Below, in pieces: positions 17,138 through 25,734 of a DNA stretch of 35,892 bases. The position numbers and the translations under genes are program-made. Position 1 is the first letter of the stretch; the number at the start of each line of letters is the position of its first letter. The notes beneath the pieces were generated by a model. It was not told the origin of the DNA, made no database searches, and saw only the letters and a list, made by a program, of their open reading frames with translations. Source of the stretch: Sphingobacteriaceae bacterium (GTDB lineage Bacteria > Bacteroidota > Bacteroidia > Sphingobacteriales > Sphingobacteriaceae); assembly GCA_947478315.1 (NCBI GenBank), contig CANJWF010000001.1, forward strand, positions 1-35,892, written 5' to 3'.

Positions 17138-17340
17138 AATGCGAATAATTGGTTCAAATTCTATAAAAAGGGCAGAGGTGCAATAAAGTTCTTAGCGGTT
17201 TCTACAAAGAGCGGTCATTGCGGACTTGCTCCGCAATCTAATAGATCCTGAATCGAGCTCAGGATAACCCAGCACAGCTTTTTTAACGACCTATTTGCTG
17301 AAATTACCGTATTGGGCATCTTTTAACCCAAATTACGCAT
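17138..17340 (-). mobile_element. IR-B element, copy B2 (inverted relative to B1)
   Basis: The reverse complement aligns end to end with 16089-16290. Confidence 0.7.
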
Positions 17341-17443
17341 TTTTAATATGAACCCATTTCTCTCTGATAACACCGCCAACACTCAAAGCGTAAAAATAAT
17401 TCCCTACCAAACCTCATTACTGTGTAATATTGCCCTATAATTA

Positions 17444-18853
17444 TTGAAAAATTACCCTTTAATTCTTTATTACCATGAAAAAAAACTTGATTTAATTAAT
17501 GAGATTTTACAAAACAGTAAATCTAAAGGCCTAACGCATCACGAGGCAGAAGAAAAAACTTATAATGGAAAAAATATTAGACTAAATGAGAAAAGTCTCA
17601 TAAACTTCGGGTCCTGTAGTTATATGGGTTTAGAAACCGACCATCGCCTCAAAAAAGCAGCTATCAACGCCATCGAAAAGTTTGGCATCAGCTATTCTTC
17701 TTCTCGTGCCTATCTATCAAGTCCGCTTTATTCAGAATTAGAATGTTTACTTGAGTCCCTATTCGATGCTCCTGTTGTCTTATTTGCTTCGGTGTCTATC
17801 GGGCATCAAGGCGTTATTCCCATCATAACCGAACAAGGTGACACCATTCTCTTAGACCAACAGGTGCACACAAGCGTACAAGATGCCGCACGCAAGGTGC
17901 AATGTAGTGGGGTAGGTCTTCAAGTTGTGCGACACAATGATTTGGATACTCTAGAGCAAAAAATTATTGAATTAAGTTCTCAAACTGGCAAAATTTGGTA
18001 TATGTGCGATGGGGTTTACTCTATGTATGGCGATGTTGCCCCCATCAAAGCCTTAATTGCCTTAGCAGAACGCTATCCAGCATTTCATATCTATGTAGAT
18101 GATGCCCATGGCATGAGCTGTTTCGGCAACAATGGCACAGGGTTTGTGATGAGCCAAACCCCACTACACCCCAACATGGTTCTTTGCACAGGCATGGCAA
18201 AAGCTTTCGGAGCCATCGGAGGGCTGTTTGTGTTTCACAACAAAGCCTTAGCCGAAAAAGTACGCAATTGTGCAGGGCCGTTAATTTTTTCGGGTCAGCA
18301 ATCAAGTGCCGTGTTGGGCGCAAGCATTGCATCTGCTAAAATTCACTTATCGGAAGAGATTAACATCCGACAAAATGCGTTAGCAGCGCATATTAGTTAT
18401 TGTCATCAACTTTTAAAACAGCACGGCTTGCCCAATATATCGGATGCACGTGTTCCTGTTTTTTTTATCGCGGTAGGCACCATTAGCATGGCAAGTAATT
18501 TAGTGAAACGGATGCTTAACGAAGGTTTTTATATCAATGGGACTACATTTCCTGCTGTACCCGAAGGCTGTAGTGGCATCCGATTTACCATTACCTTGCA
18601 CCATACTGTAGAGGACATTAAAAATATGGTAGAAGCACTTGCCAAACATTTCTTTTTGGCCCTGCATGAAGAAGGCAGAAACCTACAAGATATTCAACGT
18701 GCATTTAGGAGAATTGCCACTTTTGAAATCTCAAATGAGGAGGCTAAAATGCGTACCGAAAGAATAAGAGAAACTTTACATAAAATAAAAGTAACTCGCC
18801 ACAGTGAAATAACCCTAGTCGAACACGCAGACGACACCCTCTCGGTAATTTAA
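17444..18853 (+). CDS. Alpha-oxoamine synthase family PLP enzyme (AONS/KBL/serine-palmitoyltransferase-like) with a C-terminal extension
   Basis: FGSCSYMGLE, VDDAHGMSCFG and the PLP-lysine motif CTGMAKAFGAIGG match the AOS family. About 70 extra C-terminal residues. The start is uncertain: TTG, with no in-frame ATG until residue ~61. Confidence 0.7.
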   Translation: MKNYPLILYYHEKKLDLINEILQNSKSKGLTHHEAEEKTYNGKNIRLNEKSLINFGSCSYMGLETDHRLKKAAINAIEKFGISYSSSRAYLSSPLYSELECLLESLFDAPVVLFASVSIGHQGVIPIITEQGDTILLDQQVHTSVQDAARKVQCSGVGLQVVRHNDLDTLEQKIIELSSQTGKIWYMCDGVYSMYGDVAPIKALIALAERYPAFHIYVDDAHGMSCFGNNGTGFVMSQTPLHPNMVLCTGMAKAFGAIGGLFVFHNKALAEKVRNCAGPLIFSGQQSSAVLGASIASAKIHLSEEINIRQNALAAHISYCHQLLKQHGLPNISDARVPVFFIAVGTISMASNLVKRMLNEGFYINGTTFPAVPEGCSGIRFTITLHHTVEDIKNMVEALAKHFFLALHEEGRNLQDIQRAFRRIATFEISNEEAKMRTERIRETLHKIKVTRHSEITLVEHADDTLSVI

Positions 18854-18943
18854 ACATGAACCTTTGAATAATCTGCCTCAAAGAGCCACATAAAATTGTC
18901 TTGTGTGGCTCTTATTAAAAACCTTAAAATAACAATAGATGCA

Positions 18944-18987
18944 AAAAAACAAGTCTACAAAATAGCTATTTTGTAGACTTGTTTTTT
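18944..18987. terminator. Bidirectional terminator (perfect 22-bp-arm palindrome flanked by A and T runs)
   Basis: AAAAAACAAGTCTACAAAATAG / CTATTTTGTAGACTTGTTTTTT lies between convergent genes 17444-18853 (+) and 19058-19351 (-). A smaller hairpin, AGAGCCACA/TGTGGCTCT, is at 18882-18912. Confidence 0.65.
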
Positions 18988-19057
18988 GTTAGGAGTTTAT
19001 TCTAACAGGGAAAGAATTGATAGGAAAACGAAAACTATATATGATTATGAAGTCGCG

Positions 19058-19351
19058 TTAAAGTTTTAAATCTTTCGGGTTACGACGGTTATCCCAAAAA
19101 AATAAAAGATATATCCCGTCATCATTAGGATAATAGTAAACGGAAATTATATTGGTTAAAACAGCACGTCTAACATTTTGATATTTATCTGATTCTTGAA
19201 AAGAAAATGGATTATTACGAATGTGTGTAAGTAGTTCTTGTGTTCTTTCGATGAATTTTTGATACTCTCTATTAGTCCAATTTTTTATCAAGTAATCTAT
19301 TAAATCGTTAAACGAACGTTCTGCATTAATAGTCCAAAAAATATCTTTCAT
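19058..19351 (-). CDS. Type II toxin, ParE/RelE family
   Basis: 97 aa. Its layout (N-terminal helical hairpin, then the C-terminal LLFFWDNRRNPKDL) matches Bacteroidota plasmid-stabilisation ParE-like toxins. Confidence 0.7.
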   Translation of the reverse strand: MKDIFWTINAERSFNDLIDYLIKNWTNREYQKFIERTQELLTHIRNNPFSFQESDKYQNVRRAVLTNIISVYYYPNDDGIYLLFFWDNRRNPKDLKL

Positions 19352-19438
19352 CTGTTAATTTGTTTTTTATGGTGATGAAGAACCCATAACAACATTATCA
19401 TCCTCCTTTGTGAGGATAGTGCTCATGGGTGTTTCATT
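19346..19438 (+). mobile_element. R93 repeat, copy between the antitoxin and toxin genes
   Basis: Near-identical to 12335-12428. It spans the whole antitoxin-toxin spacer and overlaps the toxin ATG (19349-19351) and the antitoxin stop (19434-19436). Confidence 0.75.
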
Positions 19439-19751
19439 CGCTTTTTAAATACTTGGCATTACATCTATTAAAAACTTCTTCTGTAGTAGAAACTAAACCA
19501 TTTTTAGCCTGTTCCATTGACTCTTTCAATACCCTACCTATGTACACAGATTCATATTCAGCTGGATATATAAGCGAAAAAATCTTTATCAACTCATTAA
19601 TATCAAAGCGTTTTTCTTTCAATTTTTTGTAGTAAGTAGTTTTTGTTACCCCCAACTCTTTGACAATATATTCCACTTTATAATGACTATTTGCAATATG
19701 TTTCCCAATATCATTAAGTAAATCTTTTGTTTCAAAAATCGCTTGTATCAT
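19434..19751 (-). CDS. Putative cognate antitoxin (small DNA-binding-like protein)
   Basis: 105 aa ORF directly upstream of the ParE-like toxin on the same strand. The call rests on position only. Confidence 0.4.
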   Translation of the reverse strand: MIQAIFETKDLLNDIGKHIANSHYKVEYIVKELGVTKTTYYKKLKEKRFDINELIKIFSLIYPAEYESVYIGRVLKESMEQAKNGLVSTTEEVFNRCNAKYLKSE

Positions 19752-19784
19752 TTTTGTTTTAATTTAAAGTTCGTTTTTTTACTA

Positions 19785-19792
19785 CAAAAATA
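19785..19792 (-). promoter_or_regulatory. Bacteroidota -7 box (TATTTTTG on the minus strand)
   Basis: The plus strand reads CAAAAATA. Lies 34-41 nt upstream of the antitoxin ATG at 19751. Confidence 0.35.
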
Positions 19793-19865
19793 ATAAAAAT
19801 TGCATCAACCATCATATAAACTGTATAACAAAATAGGAAGCGGTAGATTCAACTCGTTTTTAACA

Positions 19866-19892
19866 AAAAAAACCGAATTAATCGGTTTTTTT
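19866..19892. terminator. Rho-independent terminator (AAAAAAACCGA-loop-TCGGTTTTTTT)
   Basis: 11-bp stem with a 5-nt loop and a T run on either strand. Lies 41 nt downstream of the stop of the minus-strand amidohydrolase operon. Confidence 0.65.
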
Positions 19893-19932
19893 CTGGGTAG
19901 CATGTAAGTGCAGTAGATTTTTTGATGACCGA

Positions 19933-21228
19933 CTACTTAGCCACAACACCATATTTTTCTGCATATCGTTTATACAACTGTTTGTGCAAATTGTCTAAAT
20001 TCAAATCTTTCCCTTTAATAAAAGCTCGCTCTACATCATTGGTAATCATATCCAATATATCGCCTTTAGAAATTAAAAAAGTAGCGTCTTTTCCTGTTTC
20101 TAAACTCCCAACGATTGCATCCACACCCATAATTTTAGCAGCATTTAAGGTGATTGCGGCAAGGGCTTGCTCTTTGGTAAGTCCGTAAGCAACAGTAGTA
20201 CCTGCCACAAAAGGCAAATTGCGTTGTTGCCAAAAACCATCTATTGCAAAAGAGAATAAAACGCCCGCATCTTGTAACAACTTGGCTTGTTTATATGGCA
20301 AATCAATATCTTCTTCGGCTAAATTTGGTAATGTATGAGGTTGATTTAAAATAACTGGTATTTGATTTTCTTTAAGAAATTCAGCTATTAAATGAGCTTC
20401 AGATGCTCCTACAATTACGGGAGTAATATTAAATCGTTTACAAAATTTTACAGCTTGAATTATATCTGAGCTATATTCGGCATGAATAAAAAGTTTTTTT
20501 GTTCCTGCAAAAACGCCTTTCATTGCCTGTAATCGGGCATTAAAAGATGTAGGAGTAGCTACAGAATAAGATTGAGCGGCTACAAAAAATGACTGTAATT
20601 GCTGTAATTGATTGGAGTGGGTCTGCTTGTAATTTTCAATGGCACTGGCGTTAGTAATATTTATTAAACGACTGCATGGCCAATTGATATGAACAGCTAC
20701 ATCTGATTTTAAAAGTGCATCTTCCCAATTCCATCCATCTAACTGCATCACCGACGATTGTCCTGCAATAAGCCCTCCTTCTGGAGCAACTTGTGCCAAT
20801 AGAATACCGTTTGAACGTACGGTTGGAATTACTTTAGAATCGGCATTATAGGCAATTACAGAGCGTACATGAGGGTTTAAATCTCCTGTTTCAGCAAAAT
20901 CTCTAGTGGCTCTAACAGCTTCTATTTCACTGAGACCAATAGTAGTCATTGGGGCAATTAAACCTGGATAGATATGTCTTCCTGCGGCATTAATTAATAC
21001 GGCTGATTCATCGGGCCTCATTTCTCCCATGGGACCTACAGCGGTTATTTTACCTTGATTAAAAGACATAAAACCATTTTCGATAATTTGCCCATTACCC
21101 AAATGTAATGTAGGTCCAATAATGTAAACATGGTACATTTGCTCGGTTGCGGGTCTTATATTGGGTTGTGCATTGGCTATCATCCCGACGAACAGTAGCC
21201 ATAACATTGAAATTATATTTTTTTGCAT
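19933..21228 (-). CDS. Amidohydrolase-family protein (secreted; metal-ligand-poor partner)
   Basis: Signal peptide after MQKNIISML..ANAQ. The C-terminal GSLETGKDATFLI is typical of the amidohydrolase fold. There is no N-terminal HxH. Start moved to the ATG at 21228. Confidence 0.7.
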   Translation of the reverse strand: MQKNIISMLWLLFVGMIANAQPNIRPATEQMYHVYIIGPTLHLGNGQIIENGFMSFNQGKITAVGPMGEMRPDESAVLINAAGRHIYPGLIAPMTTIGLSEIEAVRATRDFAETGDLNPHVRSVIAYNADSKVIPTVRSNGILLAQVAPEGGLIAGQSSVMQLDGWNWEDALLKSDVAVHINWPCSRLINITNASAIENYKQTHSNQLQQLQSFFVAAQSYSVATPTSFNARLQAMKGVFAGTKKLFIHAEYSSDIIQAVKFCKRFNITPVIVGASEAHLIAEFLKENQIPVILNQPHTLPNLAEEDIDLPYKQAKLLQDAGVLFSFAIDGFWQQRNLPFVAGTTVAYGLTKEQALAAITLNAAKIMGVDAIVGSLETGKDATFLISKGDILDMITNDVERAFIKGKDLNLDNLHKQLYKRYAEKYGVVAK

Positions 21229-21283
21229 GGTAAAATGATTTATGAATGAATAATGATAAGTAAACAAACGATATTAATCGCTA

Positions 21284-24200
21284 TTAGTAATTGTCTCCGC
21301 AATGATAAGGTGAGACTTTTTCAATAGTTGATATCTGCGTTTGCGCTCCTTTAGCTTTAGCTTGAATCATTTTTTGAACTAAACGAGCTTTTTCTGCTTC
21401 AATCTCTTTCCTTGAGCGAATATCTTTTTCAGCATCAAAATAAGGAACCCCATCTACGTAGGTTTTTTCAACTTTAGCGTAAACAGATAAAGGATTGTTA
21501 TCCCACACTACAATATCGGCATCTTTACCCACTTTAATACTTCCCACTCTATTGTCGATATGTAGCATTTTAGCAGGGTTGAGTGTAATCAATTTTAAGG
21601 CATCTTGTTCGTTTAATTGACCATATTTAACCGTCTTCGCTGCTTCTTGATTTAATCGACGTGCCATTTCAGGATCATCGGAATTAATAGCTGTATTAAC
21701 ACCTACCTTCGTCATTAAGGTCGCATTGTAGGGTATGGCTTCAGCTACTTCCATTTTATATGCCCACCAATCGGCAAATGTAGAACCTGCAATATTTCGT
21801 TGTTTCATTTTATCGGGAATTTTATAGCCTTCTAAAACATGGGTAAAGGTATTGATATCAAATTTCATAGAATCGGCAAGATGCATCAACATATTAATTT
21901 CTGATTGCATATAAGAGTGGCAAGTAATATGTCTTTTTTTATCTAAGATTTCTACCAAGGCATCTAATTCTAAATCTTTTCTTGGTTTTTCTATAACAAG
22001 GGCTTTTTTATTTTTCTTATTCGGCGTTTTGTATGCTTCCCATGCTAATTTATATTCTTTTGCTCTTGTAAAAGCATCTACATAAACCTGCTCTACGCCC
22101 ATACGAGTTTGGGGGAAGCGAGAGGTATGGTTTTCTCCCCAATTAGACTGTTTTACGTTTTCACCTAAGGCAAATTTGATAAATGGAGGATTATCTCCGT
22201 ATTTTAAATCTTCGGGCGACTTTCCCCAACGTAATTTGATGAGTGATGTCTGCCCACCTATTGGATTTGCAGACCCATGTAGTAAATGAGCAACAGTTAC
22301 TCCTCCTGCTAACTGACGATAGATGTTAATATCTTCCGAATTAACCACAGCAGCAATACTCACTTCAGAAGTAACTGCTTGTGCTGCTTCGTTTACTCCT
22401 CCACTAATGGCAATATGTGAATGTTCATCAATAATGCCAGGTGTTATATGTTTTCCCTTTACATCCAACACTTTGGCTCCTTGAGGAACAGCAAGTCCCT
22501 TACCAATAGTTTTAATTTTTCCGTTTTCAATTAATAAGTCTGTTTCATAAAGTTTCCCATCTTTTTCATTAGTCCAAATGGTAGCATTTTTAAACAGAAT
22601 AGTTTCTTGCGTGGGTTCCTGCTCCCATCCATAGGCCACAAAAGGATAAATAACTTTTGCTAAAGTTTGCTTTTCTACATGGTCTGATTTTTTGGCTTCT
22701 TCTGAATATGCTGAAGCTAATGTAGCTTGCCATTTTCCATGGCTACCGTCGGGATAAATAACGTTTCCTTTTAAAATAACAGGATTGTAAGATGCTACAT
22801 AACCACTAAAGCGTATGTTACCTATTGGGTTTTTACCTAAGTCGAAATAGAAATTAACCAAATCTTCACTTCTATTAATATCACCTTTAACACTTGCAGT
22901 ATCTTCTTCACCTTCTATTTGCATTTGTGCACGCAAGTCGTATTTTGCTAATGTTCCTCCAATTTTGAGTGATAAAGTAAGCGTATCTCCCAATTGTAAC
23001 TGAACATTTGAGACTCCTTTTAATAGTGAATCGACACCCACAATTTGCAAATCATAATTGCCTCTAAAATCAAATTCGTCATGATCGTTAATAACGTAAC
23101 GGTTTCCTTGAATCCAATTTTCGTATAACACATTATCTTTTTTGAAAACATTAGTGGAGGTAATAATAAAATTAGCCAATTTTCCTTGAGCAATGGAACC
23201 TACCTCATCATCAACACCTAAAAACTGTGCTGGTATTTCCGTCAACGATTTTAATGCTTGTTTTTCTGTTAACCCTTTTTCTATCGCTAGTCTAACATTT
23301 CCCAAAAAGTCAGTTTTGTTTTCTAAATCAGCAGTCGTAAAAGCAAAAGGAATAGCTGCTTGCTCGACCAACGCAGGATTAGAGGGAGCTAACTCCCATT
23401 CTTTCATTCGTGCTAAACTAACATTTTTAGCATCTGACAAACTCTCAATTTGATAAGGCTTTGGAAAATTAACGGGAAGAATCAACACTGCCTTTGTTGC
23501 TTGCACTTGTTGAATACGTTTGTATTCATCTCCAACTGTTTTAAAAATATATTGCTGTCCGAATTCATCTCCAATTTTATCGGCTCTAAATATGTTCAAT
23601 ACATCATCTACCTCAAATATTTGAGGTAAATTCTGCTGCTCGTTGAAAGTTGCCAACGAAATATTGTAAGCAGTATTTTTTTGATTTCTATACCATTCCG
23701 CATCGTAATAAGTTTGACGTAAAAGAGCAATAGCCCCCATTAAAGAAGAGGGGTAATCATTTTTTGAACTACCCTTCTCAAACGATAAATTTCGGGCGGA
23801 TTTTTCTTTCAAAATTAATTTATCCTCTTTGGTGCTATTCAAACTTACTACAGCAGAGGTTCCTCTCACAATGCCATCCCTAACAATGATATTGACCACT
23901 CCAAAACCCAATTTCCTAAATTCTTCAGCTTTTTTACTATCAGGACTAAATAAGGTATAAGCACTCACCTCTGGTCGAATAGCTTCATTCCAGTCATATA
24001 GACCTTTCTTAGTGGAAAGATATACCGACTTGATATCTCGATTTGATTTAGGAACAGCACCACATACACCATAACTAGTAAATGGGTCTACAAAAGAGGG
24101 ATAAACATACTTACCCTTTAAATCGAAAACTGTATAGCCTTCAGGTGTTGGCATTGCTTGCCCAACTGCTTCAATTCGTTCCCCATTTACCAATAAAACA

Positions 24201-24361
24201 CCATTCGTGATAATCTGTTCAGCATTAACAATAATAGTGGCATTGATGAATGCAAAGCGCCTAGGACGTTTGTCAACTGACCCATTAACAGGAAAAGTTT
24301 CTTGTGCTTGCACAGCCAAATAAGTCGCACAGGACAATAGTATAAAAAGAATTTTTCTCAT
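21284..24361 (-). CDS. Large amidohydrolase-family protein (secreted, ~1025 aa)
   Basis: Signal peptide MRKILFILLSCATYLAVQAQ. PGIIDEHSHIA (HxH metal motif) and GSIKVGKDADIVVWD. Start at 24361 is supported by the -7 box at 24419-24426. Confidence 0.8.
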   Translation of the reverse strand: MRKILFILLSCATYLAVQAQETFPVNGSVDKRPRRFAFINATIIVNAEQIITNGVLLVNGERIEAVGQAMPTPEGYTVFDLKGKYVYPSFVDPFTSYGVCGAVPKSNRDIKSVYLSTKKGLYDWNEAIRPEVSAYTLFSPDSKKAEEFRKLGFGVVNIIVRDGIVRGTSAVVSLNSTKEDKLILKEKSARNLSFEKGSSKNDYPSSLMGAIALLRQTYYDAEWYRNQKNTAYNISLATFNEQQNLPQIFEVDDVLNIFRADKIGDEFGQQYIFKTVGDEYKRIQQVQATKAVLILPVNFPKPYQIESLSDAKNVSLARMKEWELAPSNPALVEQAAIPFAFTTADLENKTDFLGNVRLAIEKGLTEKQALKSLTEIPAQFLGVDDEVGSIAQGKLANFIITSTNVFKKDNVLYENWIQGNRYVINDHDEFDFRGNYDLQIVGVDSLLKGVSNVQLQLGDTLTLSLKIGGTLAKYDLRAQMQIEGEEDTASVKGDINRSEDLVNFYFDLGKNPIGNIRFSGYVASYNPVILKGNVIYPDGSHGKWQATLASAYSEEAKKSDHVEKQTLAKVIYPFVAYGWEQEPTQETILFKNATIWTNEKDGKLYETDLLIENGKIKTIGKGLAVPQGAKVLDVKGKHITPGIIDEHSHIAISGGVNEAAQAVTSEVSIAAVVNSEDINIYRQLAGGVTVAHLLHGSANPIGGQTSLIKLRWGKSPEDLKYGDNPPFIKFALGENVKQSNWGENHTSRFPQTRMGVEQVYVDAFTRAKEYKLAWEAYKTPNKKNKKALVIEKPRKDLELDALVEILDKKRHITCHSYMQSEINMLMHLADSMKFDINTFTHVLEGYKIPDKMKQRNIAGSTFADWWAYKMEVAEAIPYNATLMTKVGVNTAINSDDPEMARRLNQEAAKTVKYGQLNEQDALKLITLNPAKMLHIDNRVGSIKVGKDADIVVWDNNPLSVYAKVEKTYVDGVPYFDAEKDIRSRKEIEAEKARLVQKMIQAKAKGAQTQISTIEKVSPYHCGDNY

Positions 24362-24418
24362 AAAATATATTTTGGATACGTAACCTAAAGAATATAAAAC
24401 TGCGTTTTTTTTGTGGCG

Positions 24419-24426
24419 CAAAATTA
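24419..24426 (-). promoter_or_regulatory. Bacteroidota -7 box (TAATTTTG on the minus strand)
   Basis: The plus strand reads CAAAATTA. Lies ~58 nt upstream of the ATG at 24361 and inside the track's N-terminal extension. Confidence 0.4.
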
Positions 24427-24497
24427 CTGATTTATTTATAGATAGAGAAAAGAGGAGAAAGTTTTAACGCAATAGAAAATCGAGATTATATCCCCTT

Positions 24498-25259
24498 CTA
24501 ATCATTAAAATAGTTAAGAGTTAAAGTAACACCGTCAAAAACGGCATAAGAAAAATAATTAATCCACTCCCCAAGATTAACGTACTTACTTTGGTTTATA
24601 GATATCTCAAGTGGTAAATGACGATGCCCAAAAACTAAATAATCGAAGTATTCCTTTTGTAGTAATTTCTGAGAATATACATAAAGCCATTCCTGCTCAT
24701 TGGTCACAAATTGCTCTTTTTCATTATTGGCAATTCGACTATTTTTAGACCATTTCTTAGCAATACCGATACCTATATTGGGGTGCAAACGTGCAAATAA
24801 CCATTGACAAAAACGACTTCTAAATATTTTTTTAAGAACTTTATATTTCGTATCCCCAGGACCTAAACCATCTCCATGATGAAGAAAAAAACGTTTACCA
24901 TTGCGTTCAATGACTAATTCATCATCTATAATTTGAACACCTAACTCTTTTTTAAAATAGTCAAACATCCACATATCGTGATTACCTTTAAAAAAAGTAA
25001 TTTGAACTCCACTATCACTTAATAATGCTAATTTACCTAAGAAACGAACAAACCCCTTAGGTACGACCGTATCATATTCAAACCAAAAATCAAAAACGTC
25101 GCCCATTAAATATAATTCAGCAGCATCTTCTTCGACTTTGTCGAGCCAACGAAGTATTTTATGCTCCCGTTCCCTACTTGTTCGATAAGAGGGTACACCC
25201 AAATGAAAATCGGAAGCAAAATAAATTTTATTGCGTTCTTTGGAATGTACAATAGACAT
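24498..25259 (-). CDS. lpxH: UDP-2,3-diacylglucosamine diphosphatase
   Basis: Calcineurin-like metallophosphoesterase motifs SDFHLG, GDVFDFWFEY, GNHDMW, HHGD. Size and pattern are typical of LpxH. Confidence 0.75.
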   Translation of the reverse strand: MSIVHSKERNKIYFASDFHLGVPSYRTSREREHKILRWLDKVEEDAAELYLMGDVFDFWFEYDTVVPKGFVRFLGKLALLSDSGVQITFFKGNHDMWMFDYFKKELGVQIIDDELVIERNGKRFFLHHGDGLGPGDTKYKVLKKIFRSRFCQWLFARLHPNIGIGIAKKWSKNSRIANNEKEQFVTNEQEWLYVYSQKLLQKEYFDYLVFGHRHLPLEISINQSKYVNLGEWINYFSYAVFDGVTLTLNYFND

Positions 25260-25323
25260 AAATTCTATGATTAAGATTTTTATTTATCAACAAAATTCGC
25301 AACTCAACCACTTGTGATAACGG

Positions 25324-25331
25324 CAAAGATA
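25324..25331 (-). promoter_or_regulatory. Bacteroidota -7 box (TATCTTTG on the minus strand)
   Basis: The plus strand reads CAAAGATA. Lies ~65 nt upstream of the lpxH ATG. Confidence 0.3.
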
Positions 25332-25515
25332 CAACGTCAATTACCAAGTCACAAAAAAGTGGGTGATGCGTTACTTACGTTGTCAACAAGCTATTTTCAC
25401 TAGGTTTAGTTAGTTTTGCGGTTTATTGATTACACCGCTGTAAATATTTAAAATCAACAAGCAAAACCTCTCCACAATAGGGAAATAAAAACAGACCATC
25501 ACATCCGAACAATGT

Positions 25516-25686
25516 AAAAAGAAAGTATTTTTAGATGAAATGCTCATGAGTGAGTTTTCACCAACCAATAATGATACCGAAGATTCATGAAGTCCCTTAT
25601 GGAAAAGGAAACACAACTGAATACATCGAAGATGCATGAGTGCCATTGAAAGATAAACACAAACGAATAATTTTGTTCTAATGAAA
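25516..25686 (+). mobile_element. R150 modular repeat, intergenic copy 1
   Basis: Begins AAAAAGAAAGTATTTTTAGATGAAATGCTCATGAGTGAGTTTTCACCAACC and ends CCATTGAAAGATAAACACAAACGAATAATTTTGTTCTAATGAAA. The ends match the GH2 copy and copy 2, but the middle module differs. Confidence 0.7.
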
Positions 25687-25734
25687 CCGACATGCACAGC
25701 CTACACAAAAGGGCATAAAAACGTTCATGACCAT

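Noticed and set aside
15205-17340. Interpreting the IR-A/IR-B block as a prophage or integrative element boundary
   Set aside because: There are no integrase, tRNA target or phage-like genes nearby. The repeats have the hallmarks of short non-autonomous elements, not att sites.
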